Origin: the human T2T-CHM13v2.0 reference genome, Homo sapiens
DNA length: 64,000 nucleotides
NCBI RefSeq assembly: GCF_009914755.1
Contig: NC_060947.1
Strand: one strand, 5' to 3'
A model generated the notes under the pieces. It saw nothing but the letters and a program-made list of their open reading frames with translations, had not been told where the DNA came from and did not search any database. Below, one piece after another: positions 1-27,462 of this stretch. The translations under genes were made by a program, and so were the position numbers. The first letter of the stretch is position 1. Each line of letters opens with the position of its first letter.

Positions 1-142
1 GTTATAAAGCATTTACCTTTTTGTTACTTCCTAAAAAATTTATAACTTCTGTCTTGATTTTCTCTTTTATCTAGGAGTTTTTTGGGGATTTGTGGGGTTT
101 TTTTGTTTGCTTGTTTGTTTGAGATGGAGTCTCTCTCTGTAG

Positions 143-280
<138 letters not shown>

Positions 281-789
281 TAGAGACAGTGTTTCGCCAT
301 GTTGGCCAGGCTGGTCTTGAACTCCTGGACTCAAGTGATCCACCTGCCTCAGCCTCCCAAAGCTCTGGGGTTTTGTTGTTGTTGTTGTTGTTTTGTCTTG
401 TTTTTTAGAGACAGGTTCTAGCTCTGTCACCCAGGCTAGAGTACAGTGGCACAATCACGGCTCACTGCAGCTTTGACCTCCCAGGCTCAAGCAACCCTCC
501 CACATCAGCCTCTAAAGTACAGGAATGCACCACCATGCTTGGCTACTTTTTTTTTTTTTGGAGATGGGGTCTCACTATGTTGCCTAGGCTTTGATCTTGA
601 ACAAAATTTTTGTAGAGACAGGAGTCACGCTATGTTGCCCAGACTGGTATCAAACTCCTGGTCTCAAGCAATCCTCCCACCTTGGCTTCCCAAAGCACTG
701 AGAGTACAGGCACAAGCCATTGCACCCAGCCGTGATCTAGGGGTATCTAGGAGACTGTTCCTCAGTTTTTAAGTAGTAAAGATATTTTG

Positions 790-1290
790 ACCATCTTCAA
801 TTATTTATTTTAAATTTTACTGGATTATAATGAGAATGTGTTGCCTCTACAAATCTCTGCTTCTTTAAATTCATGAAGTTTTCCTCTGTGAAGAAGCACA
901 CAGTTGATAGACATTAGAACATAATTTACATTAAAAATTTTTTTTCCGAGTTCCCAAGACCTGGAAAACAAAATAGTTTACATTTTAAAATGCGTGTGGA
1001 AATATACATATATATGATTATATGTTGAACTTGTTTGTCACATTATTCAGTCATCTATTTTCTAGCTTATTTTTCATCTACTTGATCATTCAAGTTCTGA
1101 AGGAGATATATTATAATCTCCCATTATGGTGGTGGTTTTCTATCAAAATCTTCTTGGGTTTCTGAGAGTTTGCTGTAAATATTAAGCTGTGATACTTCAG
1201 TACATAAAAGTTTGTGATTCATCACTTCAACAAGGATTGAACCATTTATGCCCCCTTTTCGTCTTAATGCATTTGATCTTGAATTCCACT
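790..1290 (-). mobile_element. Ancient L1M-type LINE fragment
   Basis: AT-rich decayed sequence resembling antisense L1 ORF2 region (e.g. ATCTCCCATTATGGTGGTGG, TTGAACCATTTATG); boundaries approximate. Confidence 0.5.
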
Positions 1291-1309
1291 TTTTTTTTTA
1301 ATAAAGCTT

Positions 1310-2067
<758 letters not shown>

Positions 2068-2382
2068 TAATCCACCCACCTCGTCCTCCCAAAGTGCTGA
2101 GAATTATAGGCGTGAGCTACCTCGCCTGGCCTGGTACAGGATTTTTAGTTAGGAGTTCTTTTCTCCCAATTTTCTGCAGATGGTATTCCACTGTTTTCTA
2201 CCTTTCTGTGTTGTAGATTTTTAAAACACAAAAAAACTAGCCAGGCATGGTGGTGCACACCTGTAGTTCCAGCTACTTGGGAGGATGAGGCAGGAGGATC
2301 ACCTGAGCCTGGACATGTTGAGGCTGCAGTGACCTGTGATCATGCCACAGCACTCCAGCCTGGGTGACAGAGTGAGACCCTG

Positions 2383-2530
2383 AAAAAAAGTAAGAAAGAG
2401 AGAGAGAGAAGGAAGGAAGGAAGGAAGGAAGGAAGGAAGGAAGGAAGAAAGGAAGGAAGGAAAGGAAAGAAAGAAAAGAAAGAAAGAAAAAGAAAGAAAG
2501 AAAGAGAAAGAAAGAACAAAGACAAGACAA
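2383..2530 (+). repeat. Purine-rich (GA)n/(GGAA)n/(GAAA)n microsatellite derived from an Alu tail
   Basis: Direct reading. Confidence 0.95.
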
Positions 2531-2705
2531 GACTGGGCTCGGTGGCTCACGCCTGTAATCCCAGCACTTTGGGAGACCGAGGCGGGCGGATCACGAGGTC
2601 AGGAGATCGAGACCATCCTGGCTAACACGGTGAAACCCTGTCTCTACTAAAATTACAAAAACTTAGCCAGGCGTGGTGGCAGGTGCCTGTAGTTCCAGCT
2701 ACTCA

Positions 2706-2801
<96 letters not shown>

Positions 2802-2863
2802 TCAAAAAAAAAAAAAAAAAGAAGAAGAAGAAAAGAAGAAAGAGAGAAAGAGAGAGAGAGAAA

Positions 2864-2906
<43 letters not shown>

Positions 2907-3114
2907 AGTGGTGTTACCAGAGCCCAAGAATCTGGGTTATCCAGCGCAAGCCTGTCTGGCAGGATCTGGGGTTATAGAGGAGCTGCAACCAGTACCAGAC
3001 ATATTACCCAAGACAGAGAGGAAGTTCTACAGAAATGTCCAAGCTTCTCCCTGTTCCCAGTCTTCAGCCTTTTACCAGTGCCTCCCAGTGGCCAAAGCTA
3101 GCTGGAAGCTAGAA

Positions 3115-4100
<986 letters not shown>

Positions 4101-4511
4101 TCCTTACCTGCTCATAGTTTTGACTTCTTAGCAGTTAGGTCAGATTAGGGTCTCCTGAGCAGTGGTAAACCAGTGAGTGGTGGAAGACTAAGCAGTTTTT
4201 GCTGTTGTAGGTGAGAAATCAACTAGATGAAGAGATATTATGCCTTTGCTGAGACGTAGGAAGGAAGCCTCTTTGCCCCAAGCCTCCCTGAGCATACGTG
4301 GCAATCTCTTCCAACCATAGGGGCTGAAAGTAATTCAGACCAGCAAAATAGTTTTCCTCAAGTTCCATCATGGTCATGTGAATCAGTCAGGTCCCTTAGG
4401 GCTTCAAGAAAGCAGGTGAGCAGGTTGAACCTTCATAGAACAGGCTTCATAGAGCAGAATCAGTCTTTGTTCCAGGTTTCTTTTTTTTTATTTTTTTATT
4501 TAAAATTTATT

Positions 4512-4571
4512 GAGGGCTTTCCTGTATTTACTGGAAAGCCTGCTAGACAAATTCTAAAAGAGCTGTAACAC
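4512..4571 (-). pseudogene. U7 snRNA retropseudogene (RNU7 family; possibly RNU7-69P)
   Basis: Minus strand reads GTGTTACAGCTCTTTTAGAATTTGTCTAGCAGGCTTTCCAGTAAATACAGGAAAGCCCTC, matching U7 (5' histone pre-mRNA-pairing segment, Sm site AATTTGTCTAG, 3' stem-loop). It is followed by an A-rich tail (4480-4511) and flanked by TSD CCAGGTTT (4472-4479 / 4574-4581). Confidence 0.93.
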
Positions 4572-4695
4572 CCCCAGGTTTTAAGAGAGATACCCTGCCC
4601 TGGCCGGGCGCGGTGGCTCAAACCTGTAATCCCAGCACTTTGGGAGACTGAGGCAGGTGGATCACGAGGTCAGGAGATCGAGACCATCCTGGCTA

Positions 4696-5076
<381 letters not shown>

Positions 5077-5110
5077 TCACAAGGTCAGGAGATCGAGACC
5101 ATCCTGGCTA

Positions 5111-5348
<238 letters not shown>

Positions 5349-5789
5349 TTAATTAAATTAAAATTAAAATTAATTTTAAAAATAAAATAAAGTGTCCCAC
5401 ATTGGGCAGAAATGGTCAGATGCTAGCATCACTGCCATATGCAGTCATAGGCTGGACGCTGCTCAAATCTGCTCTCCATACCCACTAGAAAATCCTAAAA
5501 GAAATATAGCCTTAAATACAGTTTTTAGGCTCCATCACCTTACCTATCCTGGCTGTTGTGTTACTCTCCAGCAGGATTCAGGAGGAAGAGTGTGTCAGGA
5601 ACATTTATTCAAGCTTTTATCTTCCCAGAACTTGAGGATACTATTTCTTTTTTTAACCTTCCATACTGTAGAAGCATTGCAGCCATGCTAATTTCAAAGA
5701 GAAGAATGAAAGAAAGTAGGAATAGCATTGCTACTGGTTTTCCAAGACCTAAAAGTTATGTCGTATTTCTCTAGTTTGGTCTTGAGATC

Positions 5790-6400
5790 TTTCTCTGCAG
5801 AGGGAGTGTAAACTCTAGCCCTGCCCTGATCAGGTTCCAGGGGATTGTTTGTCGATATTTACACTGTGCCTTTCACAGGATACTTCTTTATCCTAGCAGA
5901 TGGCCTAATGCCTAGGTATCTGACCCATGGTCAGGTGTCCCTCTCATAGGAAACTTGTTTATACCGTCAACTGCCCTTGAGGCTCTTTTCTGACTTGTGT
6001 TCAGTTTATTCCTACCAAGATAGCCACTCTTTAGGAGAGCTTTCACTGGAAGTAAAATTAGGTCTGTGTGTGTCAGTCAGGTGAGGTACAGAGAAGACAA
6101 CATAACAAAAACACATGAAAAAAACAAAAGCAGTTTATTACTCATAGATCCCAGAGAGAAGAAGGGTGCCAACAAGCAGATTGTCAAACCAGTGAGAGGG
6201 GAGTGAGAAACAGAGAAGACCTATGCAGTGAGTCATTCACTGGGGCCCAGGATACTACCAAATCAGAGTTCCCTTCCAATTGGTGGAGTTAGAGAAAGCA
6301 GACATGAGTTCTATGGGGTTGCATTGTGACAGAGTGGTCATTGCAGCATATCTGTAGAGTCCCTGTTGAGGGTAGAATAAATGGAGTGAGTCAAATGTGG
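5790..6400. mobile_element. Old ERVL-class LTR (MER74/LTR53-like; family uncertain)
   Basis: GGATACTTCTTTATCC...GGCCTAATGCCTAGG...CTGACCCATGGTCAGGTGTCCCTCTCA and AGCAGTTTATTACTCATAGATCCCAGAGAGAAG motifs recalled from these LTRs. Confidence 0.5.
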
Positions 6401-6670
6401 TCACACCCGGCTAATTTTTGTATTTTTGGTAGAGACGGGGTTTTGCCACTTTGGCCAGTCTGGTCTCAAAATCCTGGCCTCAAGTGATCCGCCCGCCTCA
6501 GCCTCCCAATGTGCTGGGATTACAGGCATGAGCCATCACGCCTGGCCCAACATCTTAATGACTAAACTGAAATACTTGAAGCAGGGGTGGCAAACTCAAA
6601 GACTAGGGTCAAGCAGGTAAGTATGTGAAGGAAGGGACCAAGTATAACTACATAAGCATTCACTGTGTGA

Positions 6671-7039
<369 letters not shown>

Positions 7040-7282
7040 TGAGCCACTGCGCCTGGCCCAGAGCCTACATTCTTAACCACAGTGCAATGCAACCAACATT
7101 TAGGGCTGAACCTGTACCCATACCACCACTCACCATACAGTAAAAAGGCTGCAATAAGATGAGGAATTACGGCCGGGCATGGTGGCTCATGCCTGTAATC
7201 CCAGCACATTGGGAGGCCGAGGCAGGCAGATCACCTGAGGTCAGGAGGTCGAGACTAGCCTGGCCAACATGGTGAAACCTTA

Positions 7283-7447
<165 letters not shown>

Positions 7448-7839
7448 TCAAAAAAAAAAGAAAAAGAAAAAAAAGATGAGGAATTACATCACCACTCTTT
7501 TGATTAATCAAGAAAACCATAAGGTAGTACTACTGAGATCCCTACTCATAGCACCAGAATAAAGCCCATACCAACTTTCACCACATCAAGCAAAAGCACC
7601 TTTTTAAATCAAGGCCATCATCATACCATCACTTAATTTACTAGGAGCCAATCTCTGATACAACCATGACCTATATTCATATCAACATTTAGCCCTCCAT
7701 GAGAAAGCATTAGCGAAGAAGAAGGTTTTTATCCCCACAATACCAAGAGAAAGCTGTGGCCACTCGATTTTCCTTGTGGACCTAGAAGTGTTCAAAAAAA
7801 ATAGTTTATTAATCTTTTAAAAGTTTGAAAAACCTTTAA

Positions 7840-8800
<961 letters not shown>

Positions 8801-9221
8801 GGGGCCGGGAATTGTGGCTCATGTCTGAAATCCCAGCACTTGGGTAGGCTGAGGCAGGAAGATCGCTTGAGCCCTGGAGTTCAAGACCTGCCTGAGCAAA
8901 GTAGGGAAACCCTGTCTCTACAAAATTAAAAATTAAAAAAAAAAAAGCCGGGCATGGTGGCGCCCACCTGCAGTGTAGTCGCAGCTACTCAGGAGGCTGA
9001 GTTGGGTGGATAGCTTGAGCCCAAAAGGCCGAGGCTGCAGTGAGCTATGATCGCACCGTCGCACTCCACCCTGGAGACAGAGAAAGACCCCATCTCAAAA
9101 ACAAACAAAGGAACAAACAAACAAAAAACTTGGCTTGTGTCATGCTTCGAAACCCCTCACCTGCTTTTTTCTTTGCTTGTTGTTGTTGTTGTTGCTGTTA
9201 AGAGATAAAGTCTCTCTGTAG

Positions 9222-9664
<443 letters not shown>

Positions 9665-9730
9665 TGATCTACTTTTAATTTGGACTAGTGTAACTCCTTC
9701 ATGCAATAAACTGAAAAGAGTCATTTTGTC

Positions 9731-10164
9731 TGTCAGGCCTCTGAGCCCAAGCTAAGCCATCATATCCCCTGTGACCTGCACGTATATATCCAGATGGCCT
9801 GAAGCAACTGAAGAATCACAAAAGAAGTGAAAATGGCCTGTTCCTGCCTTAACTGATGGCCTTACCTTGTGAAATTCCTTCTCCTGGCTCATCCTGGCTC
9901 AAAAGCTCCCCCACTGAGCACCTTGTGTCCCCCACCCCTGCCAGCCAGAGAACAACCCCCTTTGACTGTAATTTTCCACCACCTACCCAAATCCTATAAA
10001 ACGGCCCCACCCCTATCTCCCTTCGCTGACTCTCTTTTCGGACTCAGCCTGCCTGCCCCCAGGTGATTAAAAAGCTTTATTGCTCACACAAAGCCTGTTT
10101 GGTAGTCTCTTTACAGCTCACACAAAGCCTGTTTGGTAGTCTCTTTACACGGACGCGCGTGAAA
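9731..10164 (+). mobile_element. Solo LTR7-family (HERV-H) LTR
   Basis: Starts TGTCAGGCCTCTGAGCCCAAGCTAAGCCATCATATCCCCTGTGACCTGCAC, TATA box at 9995-10000, ATTAAA poly(A) signal, ends GCGTGAAA; perfect 5-bp TSD TTGTC (9726-9730 / 10165-10169). Confidence 0.93.
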
Positions 10165-10482
10165 TTGTCTATTCTTGAAGTACCTCATTTAAACAAAGGT
10201 CAAGGAGTAGGCACCTGGTAGTATCAAGCCTGAAACAAAGCAATAACGTGATGTTTCACCCAAGCCCAGAGTCCTAAGATCACAGACGACTAGGCTGTGT
10301 CTGGCAAGAAGCTCCTCAGCTCCCTCTCTGCAGTTCCCTGCCCTAAGCGAATGTCACCACCTGCTGAGAGCAACAGCAGCAGTACCACTAGAGGGAGCCT
10401 TTGGTGGTAAAAGAAAGATCCCCTGGTATCTCCAACCTAACCAAGAGGGCAGAGCTTAGAGAGGATACCTTCCCTTTGGTGA

Positions 10483-10849
<367 letters not shown>

Positions 10850-10980
10850 CTAGCTAAGGGATGTCCAAACACCAGAATGTGAAGCCAACCTTCCATCAGA
10901 CTTAAACTTTTGACAGGAGAACAAATCTCAAACTGATGAATCAGTCATGTAGCTAGCTAGCTATAGAGCTTTCAACTTAA

Positions 10981-11346
<366 letters not shown>

Positions 11347-11844
11347 TGACCTTGTGATCCAAAAAGTACTGTGCAGTTTTAAAATCAGAATGGTGATAAA
11401 TATATAAATTAATTTGGGAATAATTACTACTTTTGCAAAATTCAATCCTTTGCTGTCCCTCTAGATTAATTTTAGTCTCTTTTTTTTTTTTTTTTTTTTT
11501 TGAGACAGAGTCTTGCTCTGTCGCCCAGGCTGGAGTTGGAGTGCAGTGGCGTGATCTCGGCTCACTGCAAGCTATGCCTCCCGGGTTCACGCCATTCTCC
11601 TGGCTCTCAGCCTCCCGAGTAGCTGGGACTACAGGCGCCCGCCATCATGTCTGGCTAATTTTTTTTTCTTTTTTTTTTTTTTTGTATTTTTTAGTAGAGA
11701 CGGGGTTTCACCGTGTTAGCCAGGATGGTCTCGATCTCCTGACCTCATGATCCGCCCGCCTCGGCCTCCCAAAGTGCTGGGATTACAGGCGAGAGCCACC
11801 GCGCCCGGCCTAGTCTCCTTTATATAGGTGTTACACAATTTCTT

Positions 11845-12815
<971 letters not shown>

Positions 12816-12968
12816 GTAATTTGTGCTCAGAACAGAAAGAAGTGAGCCAGGGCCTCTTCCCTCCAGAGGCATTTACCAAGCAAAAGGTGTTCCTTAAGTG
12901 AGAGGGACACATGAGACAATGAGTTAGTGACCTGCAGCCACCAGGAAAGTAGACCCTGGACTCTGGAT

Positions 12969-12989
12969 ATCTCTCTCTCTGTGTGTGTG

Positions 12990-13079
<90 letters not shown>
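12969..13079. repeat. Compound dinucleotide microsatellite (CT)n-(GT)n-(CTGTCT)n-(CT)n-(CA)n-(CT)n
   Basis: Direct reading. Confidence 0.95.
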
Positions 13080-13082
<3 letters not shown>

Positions 13083-14215
13083 TAGGATTCTGTTGTAGTC
13101 TTTGCTCCAGGGGTCATTTGCCCAGCCCAGGAAACAACTGATAGGCAAGCAGTGCTTTGGGGTGGACACTGGGAACTGAAGAAAGCAGCTGAAGCTGTCC
13201 ACCAGCCAAAGGGGACTCCTAGTGCAAATTACACTCTTGTGCAGAGAGAACTCAAAGGACTACACTCTGGAATATGGAAACAAAAAATTCCTCAAGCTTT
13301 GTTTCCAGACCACTAATGCTTTCAGGTGAGTCATGACTAAGGCAAGCTTAGAGAGAGGCCAGAAACCCAGAGAGGTTAGCATAGCATGCAGGGATAGCTT
13401 TTAACCTTAAGGTGTTTGACCATTCCAAAGAGGTATGTGAGAAGCTGAGCTGCTCATTTGTTGGTTTATGGGGCTGGGGGACAAAAGGTGGAATCTAAGG
13501 TGTACTGTTCCCTGCTTTGGGTTTGGAAACTAGATAGCTACACCCTAGTAGTAAGGACGAACCAGAAGTAAATTAGCCTTCATGACCTCTATAGATCAGA
13601 TTTATCATTTGAATGGCCCACAAAATACCAAGATTTAAACTTGGAATAAGGTAATCCCGTACTCTTCCCATACTATTAGTGCCCCAGGCACTTGGTAAGG
13701 AACAAAAAAATCCTTTCTGGGAAAAGATAATATTATTCCAAGTCTCAAATTATTTCTATAAATAATTCTTCAGGACCGGGCACAGCGGCTCACACCTGTA
13801 ATCCCAGCACTTTGGAAGGCCAAGGCGGGTGGGTCACCGGAGGTAAGGAGTTCGATACCAGCCGGGCCAACATGGTGAAACCCCATCTCTACTAAAAATA
13901 CAAAAATTAGCTGGGTATGTTGGCAGGCACCTGTAATCCCAGCTATTCGGGAAGCTGAGGCAGGAGAATTGCTTGAACCCAGGAGATGCAGTTGCAGTGA
14001 GTCAAGATCGCGCCACTGCACTCCAGCCTGGGCGACAAAAGCAAGACTCCATCTCAATAATAATAATAACAATAATTCTTCAAATAGGATATCCAACACA
14101 TAACTAAGGATAATCAGGGGCCAGATGTGGTGGCTTACGCCTGTAATCCCAACACTTTGGGAGGCTGAGGTGGGCAGATCACGAGGTCAGGAGTTCGAGA
14201 CCAGCCTGGCCATCA

Positions 14216-14518
<303 letters not shown>

Positions 14519-15169
14519 TCAGGAGTTCAAGACCAGCACACCTGCAGTCCCAGCTACTCAGGAGGCTGAGGCATGAAAATTGCTTGAGCCTAGGAGGCAG
14601 AGGTTGCAGTGAGCCGAGATTGAGCCACTGCGCTCCATCGTGGGCAACAGAGTGAGACTCTCTCAAAAGAAAAAAGAAAAAAGATAACGAGACACACAGT
14701 GAGAGACAACAAAGATTGAGCAAGAAGCATCAGAAACAACAGACAATACAAATACATCTGCCATCCACTATGACTCTAGATACTGTTAAAACCCCTATTT
14801 AAATACTCCTTAAGGAATTAGAAACTGTAAGGTGATACTACAGATTTGAAAACAAACAAACCAACTGGCTGGGCGCATTGGCTCACGCCTGTAATCCCAG
14901 CACTTTGGGAGGCGAAGGCAGCAGGTGGATCACCTGAGGTCAGGAGTTCGAGACCAGCCTGGCCAACATGGTGAAACCCCATCTCTACTAAAAATACAAA
15001 AATTAGCCAGGTATGGTGGCACATGCCTGTGGTCCCACCTACTTGGGAGGTTGAGGTGGGAGGAGGATCACTTGAGCCCAGGAGGTTGAGGCTACAATGA
15101 GCCATGTTTGTACCACTGCACTCCAGGCTGGGCAACAGGGCAAGACCCTGTCTCAAAAAAGAAAAAGAA

Positions 15170-18860
<3,691 letters not shown>

Positions 18861-18988
18861 GCAGAAATTGTGAGAGAAGAGTCTTCTCTTCTCTCATGAT
18901 AATACCACATAGGGTTCACACTCTGAAGAAAGTCCCACCCTAATTAAAACTAAGAACGAGTTTGAGACCTGATGGATCAGAGCACTAA

Positions 18989-19191
<203 letters not shown>

Positions 19192-19475
19192 TAGTAGAGA
19201 ACAGGTTTCACCATGTTGGCCAGGCTGGTCTTGAACTCCTGACCTCAGAAGATCCACCCACCTCGGCCTCCTAAAGTGTTGGGATGACGGGCGTGATCCA
19301 TTGCACCTGGCCGGAAAGGTGTTATTTGAAAGATGTGTTGGCCGGGTGTAGTGGCTCACGCCTGAAATCCCAGCACTTTGTGAGGCTGAGGCAGGTGGAT
19401 CACCTGAGGTCAAGAGTTCAAGACCTGCCTGGACAACATGGTGAAATCCCGTCTGTACTAAAAATACAAAAATTA

Positions 19476-19619
<144 letters not shown>

Positions 19620-19719
19620 TCAAAAAGAAAGAAAGAAAGATGCGTAAAAAAAAAAAAAGGAAGAAGCCTAAAAATTGCACAGTACAAGAGACAGTAGTCT
19701 TGTGAAGGCAAGACATGAA

Positions 19720-21890
<2,171 letters not shown>

Positions 21891-22069
21891 GCCTGGCACA
21901 GCGGATCACGCCCTGTAATTCCAGCACTTTGGGAATCCGAGGCCAGAGGATCACTTAAGCCTGAGTCCAGGTGTTCAAGACCAGCCTGGGCAATGTAGCA
22001 AGACCTCTATCTCTTAAAAAAAAAATTAATAAAAAAAAATAAACTAGGAAACCAAATAGTAAAAACCTA

Positions 22070-22625
<556 letters not shown>

Positions 22626-23609
22626 CTAAGAGCTGAGACCCTTAGCTATGCTAGTATCGACCACCTCATCTATCCTAGTGATGGCATCATGTAAGCCTGT
22701 TCATGCTCTGACCCTTGTGGTTTCCCTTTTTTTTTTGAGACGGAGTTTCACTCTGTCATCCAGGCTGGAGTGCAGTGACGCGATCTCGGCTCACTGCAAC
22801 CTCTACCTCCTGGGTTCAAGCCATTCTCCTGCCTCAGCCTCCTGAATAGCTGAGACTACAGGCATGTGCCACCACACCCTGCTACCCGGCCAATTTTTTT
22901 TTTTCCCATCACCACGTCCAGCTAATTTTTGCATTTTTAGTAGAGACTGGGTTTCACCACATTGGCCAGGCTGGTCTCGAACTCCTGATCTCAGGTGATC
23001 TGCCTGCGTGGGCATCCCAAAGTGCTGGGATTACAGGTGTGAGTCACCGCACCTGGCCAAGATTTTTGTTTAAATTCTAAATAGTAACCGTTTGCTTTAG
23101 GGCTTACTCAGTTGCTTTTTGCTACTCAAGCCATGGAAGAGCAGACAGGAGGCTGTTCAGAAAAAAATGTATACTAAAGGATGACGTTGGCTTTTTGTTT
23201 AAAGTCTGTTTTTTCTCATGTTAACACAATATCCATCTGGGCCTGTTTTACTAAGGTTTTTAAAAACTATTATCATAAATAAACATTGAACTTATCAGAT
23301 GCCTTTTTTGGCATATATCAAGAGGATCATGTAGTTTTCTACCTTTCATCTATTAATATAATACTATACAATTAATATAGTTCATTATACTGAACCATCT
23401 CTTACATTTCTGGAATGAATTCCACTTGGCCATGGTTAATGCACAACTTTTGTTATTGTTGTTAAATATCATATCAGGATTTTTGCAGATATATATATAT
23501 AGACATATAGATATATATATGTTGTTTGAGACGGAGTCTCACTCTGTTGCCCAGGCTGGAGTGCAGTGGCGCAATCTCGGCTCACTGCAACCTCTGCCTT
23601 CCGAGTTAA

Positions 23610-23924
<315 letters not shown>

Positions 23925-24999
23925 TAGCACAGTCCATCATCCCATGCATGGTCCCTGCTCAGTTCAGGATTCCTTCACATACCATGTCTTGGCCCAACAC
24001 AAAGGAGCCCTCATACAGTTCATAGTCCTTAACAATAGGAGCCAGCAAGGTGGGAAATGACCCTCTGTCTAGTTGAGGATCCTCATACAGATATATGCTC
24101 CCCAAATTACTAAGCAGACAATCCTCTGAGCAGACACTAGCAAATCAGCCAAGGTCCAGACCTCTAAACAGTTCAATAGGAGATGAACCCCACTCAGCAT
24201 CTATATCAGGAATTGCAAAGTGGTATCCTTGAGTGGATTCTTTTTTTTTTTTTGAGATGGAGTCTCACTCTGTCGCCCAGGCTGGAGTGCAGTGGCATGA
24301 TCTCGGCTCACTGCAAGCTCCGCCTCCAGGTTCACGCCCTTCTCCTGCCTCAGCCTCCCGAGTAGCTGGGACAACAGGCACCCGCCACCACGCCCGGCTA
24401 ATTTTTTGTATTTTTAGTAGAGACAGGGTTTCACCGTGTTAGCCAGGATGGTCTTGATCTCCTCACCTCGTGATCCACCCGCCTCAGCCTCCCAAAGTGC
24501 TGGGATTACAGGCGTGAGCCACCGCACCCCGCCTTGAGTGGATTCTTGATCCACATTGCACACTTTTCTCCATACACAGTGCTTCTTTTTTCTTAATAAT
24601 TTTTTTGTACAGACAGGGTCTCGCTATGTTGCCCAGGCTGGTCTTGAACTCCCAGGCTCAAGTGATCCTTCTGCCTCAACCTCCCAAAGTGCTGGGATTA
24701 CCAGAGTATGCCACCACACACAGTCCCTTTTTGAATTGAACCAAGACTTAAAAATCAGAATATTTATGGCAGGGCACAGTGGCCCATGTCACCAGTGCTT
24801 TGGGAGGCAGAAGTGGGAGGTTTGCTTGAGCCCAAGGGTTCAAGGCCACCCTGGGAAATATAGCGAGACCGCGTTTCTACAAAAAATTTAAACATTAACT
24901 AGGTGTGGTGGTGTGCACCTTTAGTCCCAGCTTCTAGAGAGGCTGAGGTGGGAAGATCACTTGAGCCCAGGAATCAGAGGCTGCAGTGGGCTGTGATCA

Positions 25000-25367
<368 letters not shown>

Positions 25368-26217
25368 TAGCTAGGATTACAAGCATGCACCACCACGCCC
25401 AGCTAATTTTGTATTTTTAGTAGAGAAGGGTTTCTTCATGTTGGTCAGGCTTGTCTTGAACTACCGACCTCAGGTGACCCACCTGCCTCAGCCTCCCAAA
25501 GTGCTGGGATTATAGGCGTGAGCCACCACATCCAGCATATACTGTTTATTTTTCTCTCATATCACAGGTTGTTTTCTGAACCTGTTTCCATGAGGGGTGA
25601 GTGTTTCAGGAAAAATGGAGGAGTGCTAATTTCTTTGTGAAAGTAATTAATATTCCTCTGCAATTAAATGTGTAGATACTCAGCCTACAGTATTTGTTCA
25701 TTTACCTGCTGGCATCTGAGCTAGTAATCCTGCTGCTCAGCAACAACCAGACAGTCCCCTCCAAGAATATGGCCGTGCAGCTCCCTCTCCAGATATAGGT
25801 CTAATCCTCTACCTATATTCAGTCAAAATGAAGACAGCATCCCCACAGATAGTGGTTATATAGATATCCCCAATTCATTACTCAGTAGGCTTTGAAACAG
25901 GATCTTCGTAGACCATGATACATAAACATGCCACTATTTGGCAAATCAGAAGATAATACTTAAAAACCAAAAACCTATATTCATCATACCCTTTCACTAC
26001 ACATGATACAGTCTGACTAGACAGATCATTTTTAGAGTGTTGAGACAGACCCTTCACAGTTCATTATATACAAACCTAGAATTATATCTTGCCATGATTT
26101 TCTAAACTATGGCATGGATATAGGAACTGGTTATATTGATAGCTGTTTCACACTAAGCTGAGTGTTGGTATGAGAATGGGCTGTAGTCTGAATCCATAAA
26201 CTTACCTTTAGGTAGGT

Positions 26218-26612
26218 GATATAGTTTGGATCTGTGCCCCCACCCAAATCTCATGTTGAAAAGTAATCCCCAATGCTGGAGGTGGGGTCTGGTGGGAGGT
26301 GATTGGATCATGGGGATGGTTTCTAATGGTTTAGCACCATCGCCCTTTAGCTGTCCTCGTGATAGAGTTGTCTTGAGATCTGGTTGTTTAAAAGTGTGTA
26401 GCTCCTACCCCATCTCTTTCTTCCTCCTGCTCCAGTCATGTAAGACGTGCCTGCTCCTGCTTTGCCATCCAACATGATTATAAGTTTCCTGAGGCCTCTA
26501 CAGAGGCAGAAGCTGCTGTGCTTCCTATACAGCCTTCAGAACCATGAACCAATTAAACTTCGTTTCTGTGTAAATTACCCTGTGTCCAGTATTTTTATAG
26601 CAATGGAAGAAT
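26218..26612 (+). mobile_element. MaLR MST (MSTA/B-like) LTR
   Basis: TGATATAGTTTGGATCTGTGCCCCCACCCAAATCTCATGTTG...GAACCATGAACCAATTAAAC...TAAATTACCC...TTTATAGCAATG. Confidence 0.85.
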
Positions 26613-27093
26613 GCGGGCATCGCCTATGGGATTAGTTTTGAACGTAGAATGTCTTGTATGGTGAGAGTTGAGGTATCAGTCAAGTTAGGCTAGATTACAC
26701 CAAGGTTGAAAAATCTCAGTGGTGGCCAGGCATGGTGGCTCACTGTAATCGCAGCACTTTGGGAGGCTGAGGCCAGAGGATCGATTGAACCCAGGAGTTC
26801 GAGACCAGCCTGGGCAACATGGCAAAACCCTTTCTCTACAAAAAATATAAAAACTAGCTGGGCATGTTGGTGCACACCTGTAGTTCCAGCTACTTGGGAG
26901 GCTGAGGTGGGAGGTCAACGCTGCAGTGAGCCAAGATCATGCCACTGCACTGCAGCCTGGGTGACAGAGCAAGACTGTGTCTCAAAAAAAAAAAAAAAAA
27001 CTTAATGGCTTAAAACTACAAAGGTTTATTTTTTGTTCTTGTTGCATATCCAATGCAGTTCAGCAGAGAGGCTCTGTTCATCAGAGCCATTTA

Positions 27094-27270
<177 letters not shown>

Positions 27271-27273
27271 CTA

Positions 27274-27462
<189 letters not shown>

